Both the position numbers and the translations under genes were made by a program. Source: the human T2T-CHM13v2.0 reference genome, Homo sapiens. Taken from it: a stretch of DNA of 64,000 bases. The notes below the pieces were generated by a model, which saw only the letters and a list, made by a program, of their open reading frames with translations, was not told the origin of the DNA and did not search any database. The stretch is taken from NCBI RefSeq assembly GCF_009914755.1, contig NC_060927.1; one strand, 5' to 3'. Shown one piece after another: positions 43,811 through 54,296 of the stretch; the stretch's first letter is position 1, and each line of letters starts with the position of its first letter.

Positions 43811-45242
43811 ACTAAATTTATATTTAAAGGAAAAATCCTTTTGGAATTTCATAACCAATCTCTCTCTTTCAATATTTAATTCATTCCTTTAAACTTTGCA
43901 TAAAGGAATATTTCATTTGCAAGAGTAGAATGATTTTATATGTGATTTTTTTTCCAATGGATATTTTAATCTGGCAAAATAATGAATTTTTCCGTTGAAA
44001 TTTGATAGAACCTATCTATAAAACCACCAGGGTCTGAGAATTTATTTTTTAAAAGAAAATATTTTACTATAAGTATAATTGATTTAAAACTAAAACCAAT
44101 GTTTATTTAATTTCTTTATTTCTTCTTCTACTGATTTTGAATAAGATATCATTCATTTCGGCCACATGTTTAAATGTATTATTAACAGTCATTCATAATT
44201 ATTTTCCACTATTTTGTGTAATATTTTGCTTCTGTATTTATATTTACCGATTCTCTCATTAGCTATCATAATTCACTTGTGGATTTTTCTGAGCTTATCT
44301 ATATAAAGACAAGACATACTACCTGACACTACTGACATTTCTCTTTCTCTGTTTCTTAACCTTAAATATTTTATTTTGTTTATTATCATATTTTTATAGT
44401 CCTGCCTCAGCCCTTCAGTACAGTCTAGTATAGAGGCAGAAATAGTAGTTATCATAGCTCATTTCTGAATTTAAAAGACAAGTTTCAAATTGTCACCTCC
44501 GAATATGATCTTTGCTGTTCATTTCGGTGATACCCTTTTTCATCTTAAGGAAGTGCCTTTTTATTGAAATCAGTAGTGTGCATGCTTATGTTTGCATCTC
44601 CAGAAATAACTGCATGTCAGCTATTCCAACTGAGGAAATATCTGAGGAACGATAAAAATAGGGCCTTTTGGTTGGAATTATTCATGCTTTGTTTGACTGG
44701 TGGCATTTGGATTCTTATTCCTTTTTAGGTAATAAAATTTATTTTTTCTTCTGAAGTTTATATTTTCTTTTATTGTTATGTGACTTTTTCTGTGATATAT
44801 TTATGTGCAGATTGCTTTTAGTTATCCTTGTTGACAATTACTTAATGGGCCTTCTCAATCTGAAGACTCATGGCTTTCTTCATTCCTGGGTGATGGTCTG
44901 GGGCAGTAATGATTTTAGGCTTGGGCAAGAAGACACATTGTGCCCTACACTATAAAAATTTTCACTAAACATTTTCTCTAGCTGTGTTTTTACAACAAAA
45001 AGAAGGCTGCACTTGCCCACTTGGGGGCTACACTCCACCTCTAGATCACACTTCCAGATCACAAATTTAGATCACACTTCAGGGTTCCTGGGAACCTTAC
45101 ATTTCCATTTCAAATAGCCCCAGCATACTTTTGGGATATATGCAGCCCTCTTAACTCTTTCTTTCTTTTTTTTTTTTTTTTTTCACTGTGTGTCTCTTTT
45201 TAATTTCAACACTTGGAAAATACTATGAAACGATTCCCTTAT

Positions 45243-46335
45243 TATTGGGGTAAATTCAGCCAGACATCGGGCAAAATTCACCTCCGATATTTCACCTAGG
45301 TTCTTTTCTATTTTCCCTAAGCCTCGACCGGTTTGAGAAATAAAGGGACAGAGTACAAAAGAGAGAAATTTTAAAGCTGGGCATCCGGGGGTGACATCAC
45401 ATGTCGGTAGGTTCCATGATGCCCCACAAGCCGCAAAACCAGTAAGTTTTTATTAGGGATTTTCGAAGGGGAGGGAGTGTACGAATAGGGTGTGGGTCAC
45501 AGAGATCACATGCTTCACAAGGTAATAGAATATCACAAGGCAAATGGAGGCAGGGCGAGATCACAGGACCACAGGACTGGGGTGAAATTAAAATTGCTAA
45601 TGAAGTTTCGGGCACCATTGTCATTGATAACATCTTATCAGGAGACAGGGTTTGAGAGCAACCGGTCTGACCAAAATTTATTAGGCGGGAATTTCCTTGT
45701 CCTAATAAGCCTGGGAGCGCTATGGGAGACTGGGGCTTATTTCATCCCTATAGTCTTGACCATAGAAGACAGCCACACCCAGGGGGGCCATTTCAGAGGC
45801 CCACCCTCAGGGGTGCATTCTCTTTCTCTGGGATGTTCTTTGCTGAGAAAAAGAATTCAGCAATATTTCTCCCATTTGCTTTTGAAAGAAGAGAAATATG
45901 GCTCTGTTCTACCCCGCTCACCTGCAGTCAGAGTTTAAGGTTATCTCTCTTATTCCCTGCACATTGCTGTTATCCTGTTCTTTTTTCAAGGAGCCCAGAT
46001 TTCATATTGTTCAAACACACATGCTCTACAATTTGTGCAGTTAACGCAATTATCACAGGGTCCTGAGGCAACATACATCCTCTTCAGCTGACAGGATTAA
46101 GAGACTAAAGTAAAGACAGGCATAGGAAATCACAAGGGTATTGATTGGGGAAGTGATAAGTGTCCATGAAATCTTCACAATTTATGTTTAGAGACTGCAG
46201 TAAAAACAGGCATAAGAAATTATAAAAGTATTAATTTGGGTAACTAATAAATGTCCATGAAATCTTCACAATCCACATTCTTCTGTGATGGCTTCAGCCG
46301 GTCCCTCCGTTCAGGGTCCCTGACTTCCCGCAACA
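45243..46335 (-). mobile_element. ERVK solo LTR MER11 (MER11C-like; HERV-K11/HML-8)
   Basis: The reverse complement begins TGTTGCGGGAAGTCAGGGACCC; 1093 bp; perfect 6-bp TSD CCTTAT. Confidence 0.93.
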
Positions 46336-46341
46336 CCTTAT

Positions 46342-47118
46342 TTTTTATAATTTGATTTTATATTAGATTCAGGAGGTGCTTGTATGTGCAGGTTTGTTAC
46401 ATGGGCAGCTTGCATAATGGCAGAGTTTGGACTTCTAGTGTACCTATCACCCAAATAGAAAATATTGTACACAATAGATAATTTTTCAGACTTCAACCCC
46501 TCTCACCCTCCTCCCTTTTGGAGTTCCCAGTGCCTTTTATTTCCACATTCATTGTCCATGTGTTGCTGAGGCCAGCTAGGTCAGAGAGACCCTAACCCAG
46601 TGGCACTAGAGGAATTAAAGACACACACACAGAAATATAGAGGTGTGAAGTGGGAAATCAGGGGTCTCACAGCCGTCAGAGCTGAGAGCCCCGAACAGAG
46701 ATTTACCCACGTATTTATTAACAGCAAGCCAGTCATTAGCATTGTTTCTACAGATATTCGATTAACTAAAAGTATCCCTTATGGGAGACAAAGAGTTGAG
46801 CCGAAATAAAGGGGTGGGTCTGGCTAGTTATCTGCAGCAGGAATATGCCCTTAAGGCACAGATTGCTCATGCTATTTTTGTGGTTTAAGAACACCTTTAA
46901 GCGGTTTTCCACCCTGGGCGGGCCAGGTGTTCCTTGCCCTCATTCCAGTAAACCCACAACCTTCCAGTGTGGGTGTTATGGCCATCATGAACATGTCACA
47001 ATGCTGCAGAGATTTTGTTTATGGCCAGTTTTGGGGCTAGTTTATGGCCAGATTTTGGGGGGGCCTGTTCCCAACAATGTGTATCCATTGTTTAGCTCCC
47101 ACTTATAAGTGAGAACAT
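46342..47118 (-). mobile_element. L1PA16/L1PB-like 3' end interrupted by MER9
   Basis: tgtgcaggtttgttacatggg..atcacccaaatag; resumes after MER9 with tttagctcccacttataagtgagaacat. Confidence 0.85.
46564..47076 (-). mobile_element. ERVK solo LTR MER9 (HERV-K9/HML-3)
   Basis: The reverse complement begins TGTTGGGAACAGGCCCCCC; 513 bp; 6-bp TSD ATGTGT. Confidence 0.93.
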
Positions 47119-47794
47119 TAACTCTTATCTATCCTTCTAAGGGCTGACTGCTCCGTCAGTTTTCACTGTTAGGGTCAATGACAAAAGACATCTGCATGTT
47201 TTTCTTTCTTTCTTTGTTTTCCCGTGACAGTATTGGCTTATACTCTATTAGCTAGTTACTCATTGCACTCAGATCTTTAGTTTATAATTTCTGTTAGACT
47301 ATCATCAGTTTCTTTGTTTTGTTTTGGGGTTTCATTATTTCAATATGTAATAGGAAGTTTTAGTGTGGCTTATCTCTTAACCTGCTTTCAAGAAAACTGA
47401 AAGAAGGCCAGTCTGTTGCTAGTAGAGTATGATGACCTAATCCCTTGGGTATAGATGAAGGCTACCCATTGCTCCTACACTTTACTAACTACTTAGGGCA
47501 ACCCTTTTTCTCTATATACATTTCACTCCAAGTATTCTCCAAAGGGAAGAGAGAGACCTAGGTCACAAATGACCTAGTGTACAGATGAAGTGTAAGTATC
47601 GGAGTGTTCATGTTTTGGCACACTAATAATCTTGTGTAACAATAGGCCTCTTTCATTTTTTATATTATTATGAATGCTCAACCTCAAATCAGTACTCTTT
47701 TGTGAAATATTGGTTTTTAGCATTAAGTAAATAAGGATTCTTTTGTTGGAATTTGAATTTCTTGAGCTGTGGTTTATTTATTTATTTTTTAATC

Positions 47795-47979
47795 CAGAAG
47801 ACAGCAATAAAGCAACACAGCTGAGGATCCTGCATTATCTACATAAAAGAAAATCTACACAATGTTTATAAAAATAGATCTCAGTGAAGCATATCATTTG
47901 CAAATTCAATAAGCAAATACAATGGGGTTTGTTTTTCTACTTTGTTATATAAATTTCAGGATGATGTTCTACAAACTTC
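47795..47979 (+). repeat. 185-bp non-TE segment, copy 1 (copy 2 at 52760-52944)
   Basis: About 80% identical direct repeat by eye. Confidence 0.85.
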
Positions 47980-48149
47980 GAGAATCTAGTGGCATCTAAT
48001 ATGGAATGATTCTTCCAGGAAGACGTTTGTAATGCTCACTCAGGAAATATCAGTGAATACTTCAGAAAGCTTAATTTCTTTACAACAGAAGCTCGTATAT
48101 AAAATTTAATTTTTAATAAAACCTTTTCTCAGTATGTTGGCCTTTTTGT

Positions 48150-48207
48150 CCCCTGCGATCCCAAAGACAATGGAATGCCCCCTGGGATCCCAAAGACAAT
48201 GGAATGC
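48150..48207 (+). repeat. 2 x 29-bp tandem duplication
   Basis: cccctg(c/g)gatcccaaagacaatggaatgc occurs twice. Confidence 0.95.
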
Positions 48208-48559
48208 AAATACTATGTAAGAACAATATTCTGCTATACAAGAGCACTTTAGTTTGATGACTACTTCAGTATGTTCAAAATGCATGATATGCCAGGATTT
48301 TTCTCTTTGAACATTTTCGTAACTACAGAGCTATTATTTGTAGTTTATTTAAACTTTAGTTGAGGATAGATTAAAGTAGCTTAACATTTATGATTTCTAT
48401 TTCCATATTGTTTCTTCTTTAATCTTTATCTTGCATTTTTTTCTTTCAGAAACTTTTCACAACTTTGATCTACTGTAGCTTTTTTCCCAACACAATTGTG
48501 AATTGATTTAAAATTTTTAATGTTCTCTCTACAAGTTATGATGATTTGTGGCAGAAAGG

Positions 48560-48735
48560 AGAGTCTAAAGCATGTGCACAATCCTCCCAGCATCTTTTTA
48601 ACTACGGAAATTTGTCAAAATGTTCAGTCTTCCTTGCAGATGCTAATTCTGTAGGTCTAAAAGGGGCTTCAGGTATCTGCTTTCGTTAAACTCCCCAGTG
48701 TATTTTTATGAGAAAGTACATCTGGGAAACATGGC
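48560..48735. mobile_element. MER5-like MITE fragment
   Basis: taattctgtaggtct..ggggcttcaggtatctgcttt..aactccccag. Confidence 0.5.
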
Positions 48736-49941
48736 TATAATGAACAAAAATCCAATTCAAATAAATAAAGTTAGGTTTCATTCCAAACTCTGTTACTTAA
48801 AGCCAGTCGCTCACCATCGTTGAAACATAGTGACATCTTCTTTAGAAGATTATATCTACTACTCAGCTGAGAGCAATAAAATTGGTAATGTCTATGAAGC
48901 AAAGAAAAAATGCCTACAGTAAAGTTACGTAAGTTATTTTCATTTTTGGTGCTTCCCAGATAAAGAGAAGTAATCCACTTGGGGAACCTCACTGAAGCAT
49001 TACATTATATGATCATTAGCTCTCAGGTCTTGTATAGTAGAACCAGTCTCTTCCATTATCATTCATACAAACGTAATTGTCTATAGTTATATTAATTTTC
49101 TCTGATTTTTATGTAGTGCCTTCTAGGTAATACACTGCATTGGTTTGGAATCTCTCTACTTCTGATATGTGATGGACATTGTATTGGTGACCCATGGACA
49201 CATTGATTATGCAACCTCAGGCTACGCTCACCCTGATTATACTTGCATTGGAAAGGTATCTCCAAAAGCCAAATCTGAAACAGAAAACAACAAAAACAAA
49301 GAGGGACTGAGGTAGACATGCCTCTGATTCTAGCCTAACTTCTTTTTTTTGTTTGTTTGTTTTAAACCTGTTACCTTATATCTCTATTTTATTTTAATGG
49401 TAAGTCAAAAAAAAACTGTAGGTTCAAAAATAGAATTTTAGATGAGTTCCAATTTTATCTGATACTTTTTTTCATAACCCATATAGTTATAATAAGATGT
49501 ACCTCCAGTAATTTTGGCTTTGTTAAACTCTCCAAAGCTTATTATAAATTTCAAGTTTTTATAAATAAGTTTTCAACATTTCCTACAGCTAGGGTAATCT
49601 GGTTACTATAGGAAAGATTGAGAACTTAAATACACACCCACAACTCCACACACATATGCCTACACAGCAAAAACATTGGCAAAGACAATTGTGAATACCT
49701 CAATAATTTGATTATATAAATAAGGTTCATATCTATAACCATATTATAGCTTTAATCCTCAGGCATTTAAACTAAAAAAAGGTATTAACCATCATACCAT
49801 TCTTCATTCATATATTTATATATCAATTCTAATTTGGTTAATTAGGAACTCTTTAGATAATGAATGGATAATCCTAATTCAATCTTTCATGAAACAAACA
49901 TTTTAATTCCATTGAAAGATTCACTAAAGATACTGATGTTC

Positions 49942-50323
49942 CGCCGGGCTCGGTGGCTCACGCCTGTAATCGCAGCACTTTGGGAGGCCGAGGTGGGCAG
50001 ATCATGAGGTTAGGAGATCAAGACCATCCTGGCTAACACGGTGAAACCTCGTCTTTACTAAAAATACAAAAAATGGGCAGATCATGAGGTTAGGAGATCG
50101 AGACCATCCTGGCTAACACGGTGAAACCTCGTCTTTACTAAAAATACAAAAAATTAGCCAGGCGTGGTGGCGGGAGACTGTAGTCTCAGCTACTCCGGAG
50201 GCTGAGGCAGGAGAATGGCGTGAACCAGAAGGCAGAGCTTGCAGTGAGCAGAGATCGCGCCACCGCACTCCAGCCTGGGAGACAGAGCGGGACTCCGTCT
50301 CAAAAAAAAAAAAAAAAAAAAAA
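49942..50323 (+). mobile_element. AluY with an 80-bp internal tandem duplication
   Basis: 49994-50073 is repeated at 50074-50153; poly-A tail; TSD AAAGATA(C/T)T(G/A)ATGTTC. Confidence 0.95.
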
Positions 50324-51911
50324 GATATTAATGTTCATTTGCAACAACTCACAAATATGAACTTGAAGAAATAATGTATTTTATGTTGTTTTCTTTTTTA
50401 ATTTAAATCAATAGCTAATCATAAAATCAAACATTGATTAATAAGGTCTCTATAATAAGTGTTATCAAAAAATCAAAGTTTGAATTAAGTATTTAGAATG
50501 CTCAAATTGAAAGTTAATGAAGATTAACTTTCTTCTAATGTTCTTAATTCTAATTTTCAATCTATTTGAAGATTATCCTTCCTCAGAAAGAAGATGAATA
50601 AATAGGAAAATTAAGCTGCCATTTTAAACAATAAAGTCATAAAAAACTAAAACCAAAAGATAATCCTAAAAATAAATTACTATTCAACTATTAAAGAGAG
50701 TGAAATAGTTTATACTCTGTGTAAAATGAAATAAAATAAACTAAATTGCTATGTTGGTGATATAATAAAATTTGCTCAGATACTTTATTTTTATGATGAA
50801 TTAAATTATACACACTCTTCTCAGCATAAGTCAGCACAATCTATGGGTATAATTATGCTAACAATGAGTATACATAATTTTATAATGTAATTTCAGGAAG
50901 TCATTTTTGGAGTCAAAATTTCAAATTAGTTTATGTAATATGAAAAGATAAATTACATACAGATGAAAAATTTTGTATGTATTTATACATTCCTATGTAT
51001 TAAAGATACAGCTGTTTATTTAACAAGTACATATTAGTGTTTATTCTCTAAAGATATGTGTTAGTGCCTATATTGTGAATGGTAATAAAAACAGAATATT
51101 AATATATTATCTGATACATCTATAAAATATCAGTTAGAATCTGTTTATCATTCTGTATAGGAAAATCATCTGGATAAAAATATCAGTTCAACACAGCAAA
51201 ATCTAAAGGTCCAAATTAAAACACACTATAATTTAGTAGAAACTTCACTTTAGTAGACACAGATTTAAAATTTCTATTGGAGCAAAATAAAACTATTTTG
51301 CAAGACATTTCCCACCATCTCCATCTCAGTTATTTATCTCCCTTTTCAAACTTCTGTACATATATGAAAATGTGAGCTTCATCCCTAGAGAACCTACTGT
51401 GAAACAAGTTTCTGGTTTTCTTTCAGGCATTCTTATATTCAATTGTGTTGGCTAGAGGAAGATGTGAAGAAAGGGTATTTCACTCAGTCATTTTTTAACC
51501 ATCATTGTCTCTTATTTTCTGAATATCTGTATAAACTTAATTTCTCTAAACTAGCTGTGGACATCCTGTTTTCAATGGAAGAGCTCGCTTCCTTCTTTAC
51601 ACAGAATGATAAAAACATCATTGATGCACTCAGACAACTTGTGTCTTCTACTTAAAACAAAAATAACAATTTCATTCCTCCCTTTTCTCATTCAGGCCTC
51701 AGGGTTACATATTTCTAATCTACTCTCGAGGACTTCCACTTCACTTTTACCTTCTAAGTAATCTGTATTCATTAATTCTCCTAGTTAACATTTTCTCTTG
51801 TAATTACTCCTTAATCTACAAATATTTCCAAATCTCTTTATGAATAAAAAAGAAGAAAACACTCCCTTTGATTCTTTGCTTTATCTCAGGAAAACTTCTT
51901 AGAAAGAATGA

Positions 51912-52256
51912 TGTGGTGCATTTTCTGACACCAACCAATTCTCTAACTCAAGCTGGGTTTCTAACAATTCAGTTTAATTCTGACAACAACTACCCAGAGC
52001 TAGAACAGAACCCACACGTTAAGGACTGAGTCCAACAAGACTGCTCCTACTTGAGACACAAGTCACAAGTCTCAGGCCATCTGTAATTCTAATCAACTGG
52101 TTATAAATCAGGAGTTTACATAACCCTTTCCTCGATTTCATAATTTGCTAGAATGACTCATAGAACCCAGAAAAGCATTTTACTTACACTTAGCAGTCAT
52201 TATATAGGATGTAAATGAACAGCCAGATGAAGAGGTACATAGGGTGAAGTCTGGAT
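51912..52256. mobile_element. LTR fragment, MER21-like
   Basis: caagactgctcctacttgagacac..taatttgctagaatgactca..cagccagatgaagaggtacatagggtgaagtctgga. Confidence 0.65.
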
Positions 52257-52264
52257 AGCAAGTA

Positions 52265-52640
52265 ATCTAAAGTCTCTGTTCCTCAATTTCCTCATCTTAC
52301 AATGGTGATAGTACAGAACTTGCTTCATAGAGCTATTATGAAGATCACATAATTTAATAAATGCACAATGCTTGCAAGGAAAACAGCTAATTATGGATTA
52401 GCCATTTTTATTGGTGGTGCTATTAGGCAATACAATGAGGAAATTCAGAGCTCAAGGTTGCAGTCCAAGAAGTTTCAATTACAGTTCCATCACCTACTCA
52501 TTTCGTGATCTGCCATATATTTACTTGTAACTGAGCCTCAGTTTTCTGATATATAAAAAAGAATTTTAACAACCTACAACTCATCGAGTTTTATGATAAT
52601 CTAATAAATTCATCTATAAAAAAGTACTCAGTAATTACAA
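52265..52640 (+). mobile_element. Two MIR fragments
   Basis: ctctgttcctcaatttcctcatct; ctgagcctcagttttctgat. Confidence 0.6.
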
Positions 52641-52759
52641 CTATATAATTATTATAGTCATCCAAGATCATAGGTGTAAAATGGGGTTATTTTAATTCAC
52701 CTTTCTGTGATTACTGGTAAAGTCGAGAATCTTTGCATAAAAATATTGACAGGTTTACT

Positions 52760-52944
52760 CAGAAGACAAGGAAAATAAACACACCTGAGGATCCCATATT
52801 ACCTCCATAAGAGAAAATCTACACAATACTTATAAAAATAGATCACAATGAAGCATATAATTTACAGATTACATGAGCAAATACAATGGGGGTTTGTTTC
52901 TCTACCTTGTTCTACAAACTTTAATATAATGTCCTACGAACTTC
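52760..52944 (+). repeat. 185-bp non-TE segment, copy 2
   Basis: Direct repeat of 47795-47979. Confidence 0.85.
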
Positions 52945-54296
52945 AAGGGCTGGTCTAAGGACGTTTTAGCAGTTCTCCCAGAAATACCTTATTTGACAAC
53001 ATTGCATTCAGAAATAAACATGGATCAGGCTGAACAAGCTGAAGAGACTGCAGGTTATGTTTGAAGGCAGTGTTCACATCTGAATAACCTGATGTGATGT
53101 GTTCATATTGTGTACTTTAGAGATATTTGTGACCCAGTGAGGTGCCTTTGTCATATATCAAGATGAGGCTATTTGGAGGATCAGTAGAATCAGTAAACTT
53201 TATTTGTGTTACTCAAGGGACTCTGTGAAGGTTTTGACCTCAATCCATTTCCACCACTGACATAAGTCAATAGAGGGTTCTCTATCTATTCATGGCCTTT
53301 GCACATGTTTCTGTGGGATTACTTCTCTCTATATTTCTATATTTTGAACAAGAATTCTTTGTTACATGCATATTCTTCCAGCCCAAGGCTTGTCTTTACT
53401 TTGTTTGTCCTTTACCTTAAAAAATGTTTTGACTTCAATGCAGTAAAATTAACCAGTGCTTTTGCTGATTGATGTCTTGTAATTTTAGCATTTTGCTTTA
53501 CTTTTCCTTTAGTACACCGATGATATAAAGATTTTCCTTCCATTATTCTAAATAAATTGAAGCTTCATTTTCATAGTATATATTGGATATATATATATAC
53601 TGAATATATGGAGTCATATTATATATTCAGTTCATATATTGTTATCAATATATCAGGTTTTTAAAATTAAACGGCAGTGCTTGGGATGTGTAAGTCCTAC
53701 GTAAGTATTCCCTGTTGTACCAGATGCTGTCAGGGTTCTGTCTGTGTGCCCCCAGCCTTTCTGTGTGCACTCGTCAAATTCCCAAAGCCTCTATATGCAT
53801 TTTTTGTCTATGAAAAATTTTACCGGATTTGTTGGGAGGCCAGTGTATCGTACATGGCAGGCCAGAAGTACCAGGGAAATCTTACCAGGTGAGATATCAA
53901 TACCCCCAGGAAAAGTTTTCCACAATATTACTCCAGAGAGAAGGTTTCTGACCCTTCAAACCTGTATTTTCACAGTCAACATTTATTAGAATTTCTGGTT
54001 TCTCTGTCCCAGTAGTGACCTTTTGGCCTGGGCCTATTGTGTAGATTCTCAGCTTCTTGTCCAGCAGCCAGTATAGTTAAATGTTCTGAGTTCACTAGAA
54101 GAAGTAGAATATCTCATCACCGTTCTACTGTTTCCCATCTCTACAATTTTCCCTCTCAACTCTTGCTTGATTCAGCAGCTGTCCCATGCCTTCAACCATA
54201 TGATTTTAAATTTTATGTAGATTTTCTAGCTATCTGCAACAATTACATTACTCTACCGTAATATACATTACCATAGCCGGAAGCAGAGGTCTCAGA

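Noticed and set aside
46100-46275. Internal repeats tgtccatgaaatcttcacaat
   Set aside because: Normal internal repeat structure of MER11 LTRs.
47795-52944. 185-bp direct repeats as LTRs of a novel 5-kb element
   Set aside because: No TG...CA termini or TSD; the interior is ordinary DNA with MIR, L2, MER5 and Alu.
53599-53631. 11-bp inverted repeat actgaatatat/atatattcagt
   Set aside because: Too short and AT-rich to be significant; no pre-miRNA-length stem.
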